Shown here in pieces: positions 8,413 through 21,322 of a DNA stretch of 29,085 bases (the stretch's first letter is position 1; each line of letters opens with the position of its first letter). Location: contig BAAFSQ010000119.1 in NCBI GenBank assembly GCA_054661495.1, forward strand, positions 1-29,085, in the 5' to 3' direction. The stretch comes from Zygophlyctis sp. KS116. Its lineage: Eukaryota; Fungi; Chytridiomycota. Made by a program: the position numbers and the translations under genes. The notes under the pieces were generated by a model. It had not been told where the DNA came from, did no database searches, and saw nothing but the letters and a program-made list of their open reading frames with translations.

Positions 8413-11096
8413 TTATAATTTTTCTCCCATCCAAAATGAAGCGTACATATTGACTCTATCGATATAAAGGGTTTCGCCTTCACGAATTTGACACGCACTA
8501 ACGGCAAATCCAAGCTCTTCAAAAAGAGAAATATACCATGGATGTTTACCAGCAGATCTCCAAAATACTTTCCCTCCTTTAGCCATTTTATTAGCAACTG
8601 CTGAGATCTCAGCTGTAGCATCTTCAAGGGAGAACCAATCCAAGTGATCCATTAAAATGACTTTAGTCAATTCTCCATCCTTCACTTCATTGTTGAGGAC
8701 ATTAACAATCATATCTGTATGAATTCTTATCGCATCGAGTCTCTCAGGTTCTTCTTTGAGTTTTTTAAATCCTTCCTCGGACAAATAGGATGGAGCAGAA
8801 GAAGGGTGATACTTTTGCATAAGTGGCATATAGTAAAAGTAGTTTTGGGTTTTCAAATGCGAGTTTTTAATCACAGGATCAAACGTATTCACAATGTAAT
8901 CATATACCGAGCCTTGCATATAAAATCAGCAAATCATACCTTCTTGTATTATCATCTGCATCTGAGCAGGAGGAACCCCAAGAGCACCCCATAAAAACCG
9001 ATCATTATTCAAAATTCGGATCAACCAAGTAGAAAGGAAATGAGGACGGATTTCGGACTCCCAGACTTTATATTGTTCCTCGATGGTATCAGCATTGCAC
9101 ATTCTTTCCACAGCCGATTTTAAGCCCTTTAATTTTACTACCCAAGAAAACACACGGATAGCCAAACCAGAGCACCCAGTTTTAAAGAGGGTTTTGAAAT
9201 TTGCTGATTGTTTCCAAAAATGATAGGCAAACGGAGAAAGGTGTGGAGAGAAGTGAGTGTCAAGTACAGTGGAGAAGTTTGGAATATAACCTTCACCAAA
9301 TAGAGACCAAAAATCTTCATAAGAAAGAGACTGAATCCCCGCCAATTTCAATTCCAAAAGATTGTTTTGACAAGGATTTAAATCAACAGCATGTATTCTA
9401 AAATATTAGATGAAGTATAAGTACCTAGCAGGACCAACTTGGATGGCATATTCCAGCACATTGCATCCACCACTAGAAATTACCATCATATGATCCTCTT
9501 TCTTAAGATCAAGAAATTGCAGATCAACCAGAGGGTCTTCCCAAGTAAATGCATATATGTAAGTGTTGAATCTAGGGATCAAATTAACATCAAATGGCTG
9601 ACGCCAACGTAAACCTTGGCCATGAATATGCTCGGATGAGACAACATGGGAGGGCTTTTCCATATTTGATTTTTGCGTCGAGCAAGTCCCAGAATCTTCT
9701 TCTGCAGACATTGCAGATTCACTATCATCTACCTCTACATTTTCTTTCAAGTCTAAATCAAACATTGGCATATTTCCATTTTTCTGGGCCCCTACCCATA
9801 TATAATAGGGGATCTTGATTAAAGGTCTAATAAAATTGTTTTTACAGTTTAAAGACTTCACCGTTTTGAAGCAGTGTTCCAGATAATCACGACGAGAAGG
9901 GTGCAAATAGATATTATCCAAATCAAACCACATTGACCAGAACCAACGCATTAACCAACCCAATTGGCGAGTAGGATCTGCACTTCTCTTGTGAGACACA
10001 TAAAAGTCAGCAATCCCTTTCCTTCAATATGAAAAATATACCTATAATTCCAGCAGGTGATAAAATTTCAGTCAATCTGTCAATTAAGGGATAGAAACTC
10101 TCCATCATTGAAAGTGAGTAAGATAGGGTAACAAGGGCTATTTCTAGAGTTTCAGGAAAGTCATCTTTTGGAATTTCAAATTTGGAAGCATCCATACAAA
10201 GAACAGTCACATTAGTCCAACCAAGACGCTTAAAACGCTCTTCAGCGACTTTACAAAGGGAAGGCGTGATATCTACCACGTATACTCTATCAAAATTTCT
10301 TATAGGATAAAATGAATTCATTCGTTCCACATTCTCTCCAGTCCCTAATAATCATTCAATTGTAACATTACCTCCACCAATATCTATCCAAGCAAATCTC
10401 TTATCTTCAGCAAAAAGCAATGAAGGTGACATTGGAGGAGATGGCAGAAATTGAGGATCCTATTTAATAAGATTTTCAAGTTTAATATTTACATTTACTG
10501 ATTCACCAATTTTTCCTACTTTAAAATTGTCTTTAAATCGACAGGGATAAACTTGTTTTAGCTGAGCCGCACAAAGTTTCAACATTGTATTTCTCCCTCG
10601 AAGTAATCTAAGAATTTATTCTAATTAATAATACCTTTTTCTAGTAACATCATAGACACTAGCCTGCCCTTCATAGAATTGTTCCAATCGTGACTGATGA
10701 TCAGACGAATCAACCCCAGTAAACTTTTTACTAGATAGAAAAGGTTTTAAAAAGCAATTGTACGCAAAGACTAGAAAAGGACGACCAGTTGAAATCGCAA
10801 CAGAAACAAGCGCGATTAGGAGTCCCAATGTTACAACTTGGAAACCAGTCGGAAGATAAGCGATCGCAGAGTAAGAATTTTTCAGAGATTCTTTGATCGC
10901 ACCAAAATAAGATTTTGTTGGAATCAAATCAGTTGCCAACAAAATCCCAGAGATCGCCACCAATGCGTAAATGTGCATTGATGATGATTTCGGCAGTTTA
11001 CTCCCAGTAGCGACTGAGACTCCTTGCTGATGTGCACCTACAATATTTGTTCTAGGAGTTATTTTGGCCCTGTATATTAGATGATGATTTTTACAT
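8413..11096 (-). CDS. BTA1: Betaine lipid (DGTS) synthase, BtaB-methyltransferase/BtaA fusion, 8 exons
   Basis: LEQFYEGQASVYDVTRKRLLRGR, SAM motif WIDIGGGTGEN, LSYSLSMM, IADFYVS, YIYAFTWEDP, ISSGGCNVLEY, IHAVDLNPCQN, ILMDHLDWF, DRVNMYASFW. Seven 25-33 nt introns; the first splits the ATG. Confidence 0.93.
11070..11094 (-). other. 25-nt intron interrupting the BTA1 start codon (AT|G)
   Basis: Minus strand aaaaaaAT|gtaaaaatcatcatctaatatacag|G GCC AAA. Has GT donor, CTAAT branch point and CAG acceptor; splicing restores an ATG in frame with BTA1. Confidence 0.75.
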
Positions 11097-11193
11097 TTTT
11101 TTAGCTTTAAACGCTTGAGCTCCTGGACCTCAAAGCTCAACACATGTTGAAATGTTTAGGAATGGTACTGGATCTAGTTTATATTTAATTGCT

Positions 11194-12648
11194 TTAATTC
11201 ATAACTCCTTGAGCAAATCCTGTTAGCATGTTTAGTCCACGTTTCCAAAGATAAAAATTTCCCATTAAAACAAGAGTAGTAGAAAACCTCGCAAAACGGA
11301 CAAATTGTCTGATTGCTTCAATAACATGTGCTACAATTGTAGTAATCAATTTGTTCATTTTTGATCCCCATCTGGCATACTTTGCAATTTCTTCAGATTT
11401 ACGATGATGAGAAGCTCGAATATCAGCAGAAAAATTATGATAATTACGATCCCAAATCTCTCTAGCTACTAAAGCAGATTCTGCAGGTTGCAATTTCTCT
11501 GTAAAAGCTTCCAAAGTAGATAAAGAGGTATTTGCGATTCCTTCTACTTCTCTCATGACAGTCCGTAAGTGTTTACGTCCATTAATTTGAACTGGATGAT
11601 TTCCAGACTTTCTAATTTTATCCACAAATTCAGTCCAAATGGTATTTGAAGCCTTAAATTAAATTCTAAATATTCTTTTACCTCTGCAGCCATATTAGAG
11701 ACAAGAGCCTCAGTTGCAGTTACCATATTAAACCTATTACCACCTCCACGAATCTGAGTCAATAGTTCATTTACCAACTGACATACAACCATTCCATCTA
11801 CATGAATTCCACCAACTTTAAAAGGATCTATATCTGTCATGATTGATTCTGAAAGTTCACCACATGCCTCTTGATGTTCAGACATATTTCCTGAATTTAT
11901 AAATGGTATTTTAACCAATTCCAAGTTAAAATTATCCTTTACCAATTGTCGAACTTTATTAGTCATTTCATCTCCCGTATCTTCTTGTAATAAATCTGAA
12001 AGTAACTTTGATGCAGGTAATCCAGCATTTATTGACATATTTTCACATAAAACAATAGATCTGGTAATATCAACTTGATCACTAGACGTAGCATGACCCA
12101 TATTTATAACCTGCATGACAGTTTCTAAACCACCAGTTGTAAAACATCCTCTTTCAAAAACTAAAATCTTTGAAGCTAATCTTGCAGCTAATCCCATAAC
12201 AAATGGAATTGCAGTTTGATTATGATTTGAGCCTCCCTATACTTTTAAAGAGAGTGTAACCTACTTCACAATCTAAAAATATAAGATGACCTTTTACAGG
12301 ATGTTTAAAAAGAATCATATCAATTCCATGCGTACACGGAACATTTCCAGGAGCCGAAGAGAAATTATTATCTCTGTTTCCGGTAATATGTTCTCTAATG
12401 TTTGACGCAGTGAATGATTTCCCAGATCTACCAAATCCAGCAAATGCGATAATGTATAATGGAGCCGGAAGTTGAGACAACAAGATCTCTGCTTCATCAG
12501 TAATTCCTGTGGCAATGTATTTTACAGACCCATTCCCCTCCATTGTATCAAACTTGATCAATGGCACCGGTTGTTCTAGAGTACTCCAATGCGGTAAATT
12601 TGGCCGATGTCGAATGGAGTTTAGCAGATTGGATATTGTACTTGACAT
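11194..12648 (-). CDS. Guanylate-binding-protein/atlastin-like large GTPase (3 exons)
   Basis: PVPLI, P-loop IIAFAGFGRSGKS, switch I PCTHGI, G3 FLDCEG (across a 28-nt intron), then a helical region and a hydrophobic/amphipathic C-terminus. The exact 3' end is uncertain. Confidence 0.8.
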
Positions 12649-12870
12649 TTTTTAGCACTTGGCGTGGGACAGGGGCACGGGTAATTACGGTTGTCTCTTT
12701 TGTACCATCTACCATCTACATAATCTACATAATTCACACAATTCACATGATTGACTCTTTCCATTGAAAGTATTAATCTATTGAAATTCATTCTCTAATT
12801 AGTTTAGAAACGTTTAATGTCTTTGAGTCTTAAGAATTTAAACCTACAGAAACACCTAGTCGTAGTAAAA

Positions 12871-13251
12871 ATGTCTGTGGGTGTCCCAATAAAGGTACTG
12901 TTAAAACTCTAATTGTAGTTGATCCATGAAGCTCAAGGCCATATTATTACAATAGAACTTAAAAATGGAAGTTTATATAGAGGCAAATTAATTGATGCGG
13001 AAGATTCAATGAATGTGCAATTAAAAGATATCACTTGTACAGCAAGGGATGGTAGAGTTTCTCATTTAGATCAAGTTTATGTTCGAGGATCTCAAGTCCG
13101 ATTTATAATTGTTCCAGATATGTTGAAGAATGCACCATTGTTTAAGAGGATGACTGATCGTACAAGAGGAACAGCAAAGGGGGCTGCCATGGCTGCGGCT
13201 GCTGAAGCTGCTGCAAGAGGCGGACGGTCTGGTCGTGGTGGGAGATTTTAG
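12871..13251 (+). CDS. SMD3: Small nuclear ribonucleoprotein SmD3
   Basis: MSVGVPIK|[24 protein letters not shown]...[18 protein letters not shown] plus an RGG tail; intron 12895-12918. Confidence 0.96.
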
Positions 13252-13276
13252 TTTCCCATGTCAAATTCAATTAAAA

Positions 13277-16200
13277 ATGAAATGTTTGATGCTATCATTC
13301 TACTCTCTTGTTTTGTCTGCTCCATTGTCATTGTCCAATCAGAAATACAATTTAAATCAGGTGAATACCTCTAATCCATTGTATTATGAGTCTAAATGGA
13401 ATAAGACTGATTACTTTTCTTCGCCAGAGTCTTGGAGATTTCCATTTTATACATTGTTTTTAGATCGTTGGGCTGATGGTGATCCAAGAAATAACGATTT
13501 ACTCAACACCGCGTATGAGTATGATCCTTATCAAACGTCTTTTAGATTTGGAGGAGATGTCATGGGAATGATTGATAAATTAGATTATTTACAAAATTTA
13601 GGAATTAAAGGTTTGTATATTGCTGGTACTCCATTCTTAAATCAACCTTGGGATTATCATGGTTATAATCCACTTGATTTTACTATTCTTGATCCTCATT
13701 TAGGGACTTTGGAAGAATGGAGACTTATGATCAAACAAGCGCATGATAGAGGAATGTATGTTATTATAGATTTGACTGTTGTTACATTGGGTGATTTATT
13801 GGCATTTGAAGGGTACTTTTATAGTCTTAATTATAGATTTGTAAATAAATCTACTCCTTTTGATTTGAACGGGTATCCAGTAGAATATAAAACAGAAACT
13901 CAATATTTGGATTTTTCAGTAATTACTATAAAAAACTTAATTATAGTTGAATAATACGCTAGATCCTAATTGTCAGCTTCCAGAGTTATGGGATGATCAG
14001 GGAGGACCATTGAATGTATCGCTTCCAAGAGGCTGCTATGATTCAGATTTTAATCAATATGGGGATATTGAGGCTTTTGGGAGTTATCCAAATTGGAAAA
14101 GGCAATTTTCAAAGTTTTCTGGTGTTCAGGATAGACTGCGTGAATGGAAAGTATCACAAAAGTTGATTGCTTTATCGTGTTTAGTTATATCTTCACTTGA
14201 TATAGATGGATTTCGTATCGATAAAGCTACTCAAATTACTTTAAACTTTTTGTCAAAGGAATGGGCTCCAGGAATGAGGAAATGTGCAAGAACATATGGG
14301 AAAAACAACTTTTTCATTCCAGGGGAAATTACTGCACGTATTGATTTTGGTGGATTATATATTGGAAAAGGATTGAAACAAAAGTTTGAAAGTATTGAGC
14401 AAGTTATGAATGCACCACCTTCTTCATTTTCAAGGACATCTTATGGTGTAGATTCTACAGCTTTTCATTATAGCATATATAGATCTTTGGTATCTTTTCT
14501 CGGAATATATGGAAATATTGATTCAGATTTACCAATTGATTTGATAGATGCATGGAATAAGATGTTATTATCAATAGATTACGTGAATGCAGAATCTCAA
14601 AAGTTGGATCCAAGGTAAAATTATTATATTTAATCAGTAGAGAAATGTATGGAATTGGTAATCAGGACACATTTCGTTGGCCTTCATTAAAGATGGGCAT
14701 TGAAAGAGAGAGATTAGGATTCTTTTTGACTACAATTCTTTTACCGGGAATACCTCTCTTGTATGGTATTTAAAAGTAATAAAATAGATATTATGGGGAT
14801 GATCAGGCATTTTACTTGCATGACTCAATTGCAGAAAATTATGTTTATGGTCGTCAACCAATGTCTGCTTCATTGGCCTGGGTTCTACATGGCTGCTTTA
14901 AGGGGAATGCATCATATCAGTATTATCAAATTCCTTTTGATAAAATACGGAATGGATGCAATGATGTATCTCAAACTTATGATCATTTTGATGTTACATC
15001 ATCCCAGTATACACTTTTAAAACAGATGCATGAATTGCGCTCAATTTACGAAGTTTTAAATGATGGACTAAATCTCCAAACTTTATCAAAAAAAACTAAA
15101 TTTGTAAACGTTTCAACCGTAGATTATGTAACCAATTATAGTATTTTTTGTTATCATATTAATCATAGCAATTAAAGGTGTCTGGTCTGCTTCACGAACG
15201 TATTTGGCTGGCCAAACAAAGCCTGTTAATTTGGTTACAGATACTGTTTGGTTAATTTTTTCGAATCAAGACTACGAGTGGAAGAGTGAATGTAATACGG
15301 ATGAGGAAATGGGGACTCCCTACTTGGTGGGGGATTCAATCAGGAACTTATTTCCACCATATGACATTTACACTGTTAGTAAAGGCATAAAATCGGCCTG
15401 CATCGAGGGAATTATCCTACCGCCTTTTGGTTTCAAAGCTTTCGTCAAGTCATCAGAATGGGTCGCGACGTCTCCAACATTACTTTCTTTTAAGCCAGGT
15501 CACGATTCAAGAATATTACGCCCAGAATCCACTAAATATGGCGAGATGAAAGTACCATTTTCTTTTTCGTTCTCAGATGTTATGGATTGTGTAAGCGTTC
15601 TTTCTTCGATGAGTTTTGAAGTGGGGAACTTAATTCCTGACTCTATTAAATGTAAAACGGAACAATTACAACTCGCATCAATGATACAACCAGTGAAATG
15701 GACAATCGAAGGCATTTTAGATAAAGTTCCAGATGGTGTATTTTCTGTATCTATTGGAAAAAATGCAAAAACTATTGATGCGCGAAGTATCAAGGTAATT
15801 AATTACTTTTGTATGAAACAATAGATTGCCTCAACATTTTTGTTTAGAGTTGGAACCTCCAATAATCCTATTGTTTTCCCGCAAAATAATAATTTTAGTT
15901 ATTCGCTACTGGAAAAATCGAATAGTGGATATACAATAAACCATGTTGCAATCGGCTCTGATTTGTTCAGATATTCCGTTGATTACGGCCAGTCTTGGAC
16001 TCAGTGGGGAAACTTTGAGCGTATCACGTATTTAGAAACATCTGCATTTAAGAAATTAGGTATAGAACATGTAATCGTAGATTACTGGTGCAAAAAATGT
16101 GGGGCAGTGTCTGCTCGAGTTTATGGTGATCTTTCTGCTACACCATCGATCTTTCCGAAGCTTTATGTCCAAGGAGAATTTAACATGTATGGATTAGATA

Positions 16201-19200
16201 GAGCCATGGAAAATCAAATGATCAAAAGGAAGGATGGGTTTTCTTTTCCATTTGTGTGGAATTTCCCTACAGAATTTTCATTTGATATTTGGGGTGATGG
16301 GTCTATTATATTTGGTGATGTTGATGGTGATCATATTCTGGACCGACTTCCCCCGAATTCACAGCTTCATACTAGAATTAAGTTGGACAATCCTCCACAA
16401 AACTACGTTGGATGGACAATCTTTATAGGAGATGATCTAGAATTTAAACTGAAGCCTTCCGGTAGTTGGATAGTTAGTATGATCACATTTCTAGTTTTGT
16501 TAATTTGCCCTACGTTTGCAGCGCTTCTTGTGATATATGTTTTCCGTAAATTATCGTATGCAGTTATCGAAAATACAACTGGAAATGATTCTTCAAATGA
16601 AGAAAATGGGAAAGATGATTTTCAAACACGTTTAGTTAATTCATTATATCCAAAAAATAACATCAATCCTAAATCAATTATCTTCAAGCCTCACAACGTT
16701 CTAATAGCAACTCTTGAATACGAGATTCCAGATTTGAAAATCAAAGTAAGAATTGGAGGTCTGGGAGTTATGTCATCATTGATAGGGAATCATTTGGTCG
16801 ATACTAAACTTTTTTGGGTAGTTCCTATGATAGGGGGTAAATTTATTTGACGCCAGTAATCTTTCTAGGAATCGAATATCCGGTTCAAACCAATGAAATG
16901 CCTATTATTGTAACTATACTTGGAAATTTTTATAAAGTGGATGTGTTTACACACCATTTTGAAAATATCACTTATTTTTTGCTCGACTCTCCGATTTTTC
17001 GAGCCCGAACAGGAGGGGAGCCATATCCTCCTAGGATGGATGATTTTGAAGCTGCAGTATTTTACAGTTGCTGGAATCAGTCGATAGCGGAACTTCTAAG
17101 ACGCGAGTCTGTTGAATTATTTCATTGCAATGATTATCATTGTGCGCTAGCCCCGGTAAGTATGATTATTTCTCAAGATCAGTTATACCTTCTACCAGCT
17201 ACAGTACCGGTAGCCGTCTCTGTTCATAATGGTGACTTTCAGGGCTTATTTCCATTGCGTTCAGCTGAAGAGAGGAAACAAATTTGTTCAATGTTTAATC
17301 TTAGCCAAGAAATATGCATTAAGTATATCCAGTATGGAAATACATTCAATTTACTTCATGCAGTAACTACTTATGTTCGTATCCATCAACATGGTGTTGG
17401 TGTGCACGGAGTCAGTGACAAGTATGGGGATCGCTGCATGTAAGTTTAATTTTTTTAAGCAAAGTAATCGATATCCTGCTATGTGGTGTCTAAAGAAAAT
17501 GGAATCTCTTCCAAACCCGAACCCAAGGGACTGCGAAGATGAAGTGTCCCATTCTCTTCCTGCTGAAATTGAAAGTGATGATTACCGAGTTACTCAGAAG
17601 CAATTAGCCCAAGAATGGGCGGGCCTAGCACCTTTAACCGGAGTCACTCTTTTAGTTTTTGTTGGTAGATGGTCTCATCAAAAAGGAATTGATTTGATTG
17701 CCGACTTGGCACCAAGAATTCTAGATCGATATCAGAATGTTCAGATGATTTGTGTCGGTCCCATTATTGATATACACGGTCGTTTGGCAGCTTTGAAGCT
17801 TGCAAGAACCGCCGATCTATATCCAGGTCGCCTTTTTGCCAAGCCTGAATTTACTGCAGTACCAAAATATGTTTTTGAAGCTTGTGATTTTGTTTTAATA
17901 CCATCTCGGGATGAGCCATTTGGGCTGGTTGCAGTTGAATTTGGTAGATCGGGAGCTTTAGGAATCGGTTCTTATGTTGGTGGGCTTGGATCCATGCCCG
18001 GATGGTATTTGGTTCCGATTTTAAGATTAGGTGGTTCCCAATTGAAAGTTCAGAAACTTCACATCTGCATGATCAGTTTTGGAATGCGATAGAGTTAGCT
18101 TTGGATTCCTCTTGGCTTTCCCGTGTAGTGATGCGAAAGACAAGCCTTCGACAGCGCTTTCCTGTCTCTAAATGGCTAGAAGGATTAAAGTCTCTCTACT
18201 CTCATGTTATTCAAAATAGTGAGGACTTCTTATTAAAGATAACTGGTGAAAACAATCATGATGCTGGGCCCCGGCGTATATTTTCCGCGAATCGTGAACT
18301 CTTGATTCGGTCCGGGGTGCCAGAGCTTGCTTCAGAAAATGATATTAAAATTCTCCAGCAAAAAATCGAAAACTTCGAGGCAGGACAGGCGGCTGATTCA
18401 ACTCCAGATGAAGGACCAAATGATTTAGATGAAGAGGATACTTGTGATTTTAAATTATTATCTTTGGGAAAAATCTCACCTTTAATGATAGGATCTTTGC
18501 GATTTTCCACAAATTCTTCGAGTGGGAGTCTTCAAAACAGAAATTTATCTCAAGTAAATATATCATCACTTTTTGACAGTGTTGCATTGGAAACGATACG
18601 AAAAAATGGACTGTACACAGTTAAAACCTTTGAACAGTTTTGTGACCATGATGGAAAAGTGATGATGCAGTACAAACAAGATTTAGCTCGGCTGGACAGC
18701 CAAAATTCACACCAAGATCTTTGTATCGCTGAAACTATCAAGAGTGCTGAAAGATCATATTTCTGGGATCTTCGGTAATAATCATTTAGTTTAAAACAAA
18801 AGCCAAAAAGTTGCTGGTGAACGAAGAGCAGGCGAAGAAGGCGGCGGAAAGGTATATGAAATGATGCAAAAAGGACCATTTACTTGGCCTCTATATTCTA
18901 TGATATTAGCGTTTGGTCAAATGTTGGGATTTTCGGCATTTCAAGTAGCCATGATAACAAATAATGAATTTAATGCTGATTGGGTAACATATGTAACTGC
19001 TACAATATATATTGCAGGATCTTTAGTGTGGTGGAATCTTTACAGGTATGCATTGATTACTTATTGATTTCAGTTTTTATCCATCGCGTTTGGTTTTGAC
19101 AGTGCCCTTTGGATTTTATTCTATTACTTTTGCTTTTCTGTTTATAACAAATCTTATACTAGCAGATTCTTATTATTTTTGGTTTACTAACCATATTGGA

Positions 19201-20220
19201 TTATGGCTGTAAGTTTTGTAATTCTAAAGCTAGATATACTTTCTCATCATCTAGTGGATTTTTATACTTTTCGTTAAATTTTGGTGAAGAAATATCATCC
19301 TCTACGGAAATATGTATTCAAAGATCTAGTATTCTACAAGGTTTTCGACAATTGGTGATGGGTATTTGAACAAATTCTAATATTTAGCTTCCATTTGGTA
19401 CTGGAGTAGTCCAATTGGCTCCCGAGTATCATACTCAATATCAATGGTGTCATTTGTTTTAGCCGTGATTTGCTCTTTTTGCACATATTTCCTTCATTTA
19501 GGATTACCCGACTGCTATTCTAGCTCCAGTCCTTCAATCCCATATTTTTGGAGATCCTTGATTAATCGAAATCTTGTGAAATGGTTTTTACTTTCTGAAT
19601 CCCTCTCCTCTTTTTGGCTTGGAAATCTATATGGCCGAACATGGAAATTTTTATGGATGCAACCTCTGCCTCCTTGGGTAATTTTTGTATTTGTATTTTT
19701 CTTTTTTGTGATTGTTTGGCTAAGTATACTATACTTGTTCCAATACTGGAGTAAAACCCATTCCTGGTAATTATATTTTTTGTAAATTAAAGGATAATGT
19801 GTATATTTGCAATTGGTCTTGTATCACCTCGATGGGCCCAAGTATTTTGGTCTACTAGCTTTATGTAAATCTATTAAATTTAATCAAAGTGGACGATCCC
19901 TTTCTTGGGCTTTTTCCTATGGACCATTTTTATCTCTTGGATTATTCTGTTGGCTTGGAGTTTTAGATGCATTTGCGCAAGTTGGATTATCCATGATGCT
20001 CCTTCAAACCTTGACTAGAATCCATGTGTCAGCAGTATTATTCCTATCTCAAATCCTGTCAAGCGTATTTCTATGCCTAAGTCTCTTATCGGACATCAAC
20101 CCTTTTCCAAACATTTTGTATTCAGACTCTGTATACTTTTGGATTGTATTTCTGTTGTATGTGATTTGTGCATATGGATATCTATTCTTTTTCAGAACAG
20201 AGTGTCTCTCTCGGCCGTGA
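13277..20220 (+). CDS. AGS1: Alpha-1,3-glucan synthase (Ags/Mok family: GH13 extracellular domain, TM, GT5 synthase, multi-TM C-terminus), 17 exons
   Basis: SPESWRFPFYTLFLDRWADGDP, LDYLQNLGIKGLYIAG, DGFRIDKA, DPREMYGIGNQDTFRWP, VLIATLEYEI..RIGGLGVM, PYPPRMDD, FVGRWSHQKGIDLIAD, PSRDEPFGLVAVEFG, SGFLYFSLNFGEE, FFRTECLSRP*. All 16 GT-AG introns (24-32 nt) restore frame. Confidence 0.95.
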
Positions 20221-20291
20221 TTTTTAGACAATAAACATTTATATCAAGTCTAGGGGAATAGGAAAATAAGCTTTTAAAATAAGTTTTTAAA

Positions 20292-21254
20292 ATGGTCCTT
20301 GAGGCGACGGTGTTAGTGTAATTTGACACTTGTTTAATGATAGTCTTGACAATTCTGAATGGATGCGCAACGGAGACTATGTTCCAACAAGAATCCAAGC
20401 ACAGGCAGACGCTGCAACCTTTCTTTTCAACGCAAAAACCCAATCTAATCCTGAAAATTCCGTTGGGCTCATGACAATGGCTGGAAAAGCACCAGATGTT
20501 TTAGTGACTTTAACTTGTGATTTTGGTAAAATACTCTCTGCTCTTCATCACGTGACAATTTCTGGCTCTGTAAGTCTCTCAACTGGTGTTTCTATTGCTC
20601 AATTAGTTCTTAAACATCGTCAAAATAAGAATCAAAAACAGAGAATCATTGTATTTGTAGCTTCTCCAGTCTCGGAAGATGAAGACTGTCTGGTAAAATT
20701 AGGGAAAAAATTGAAAAAGAATAATGTTGCTGTTGATATTATTTCTTTTGGATCTGAAGGAGATTTAAATGAGCAGAAATTACAAGCTTTTATAAATACA
20801 GTCAATAGTAGTGATAATAGGTAATTTTTTTGTAATTTTTTCTAAAATAAAGTCATTTAGTGACTATTCCTCCTGGACCTCATGTATTATCTGATATTTT
20901 AATTTCATCGCCGATTATATCAGGAGGAGAGTCTAGTTCTGGAGGAGGTGGATTTGAATTTGGAGTAGATCCTTCATTAGATCCAGAATTAGCATTGGCT
21001 TTACGTATATCAATGGAGGAAGAAAAAGCACGTCAAGAGAAAAATTCTAGTACTGAAACATCTAAAGACGATCAAAAGGATGTAGATATGATGGATTTAA
21101 CAGAAGATGAAGAGATGGCTAGAGCTTTGGCAATGTCTATGGAGGTATTTTAGAAATTTTTATTATAAAATAGACTGATAAGGAACAAGACTTGTCAAGT
21201 ATAGTTTCTAATTTACCAGGAGTAGATCCAAATGATCCTCGGTTAAAAAAGTAA
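20292..21254 (+). CDS. RPN10: 26S proteasome ubiquitin receptor Rpn10 (vWA + UIM), 4 exons
   Basis: MVLEATVLV|[53 protein letters not shown], second [24 protein letters not shown]. Confidence 0.96.
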
Positions 21255-21322
21255 TTTGAATAAGATTTCAGAGTTTACTGAGCATTTAAAAAAAAGGTTT
21301 TTGTGAGGGGGAAGGAATCATT

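Noticed and set aside
13277-20220. Pseudogene, programmed frameshifting or alternative genetic code as the cause of ORF fragmentation
   Set aside because: Every break is resolved by a short canonical intron under the standard code.
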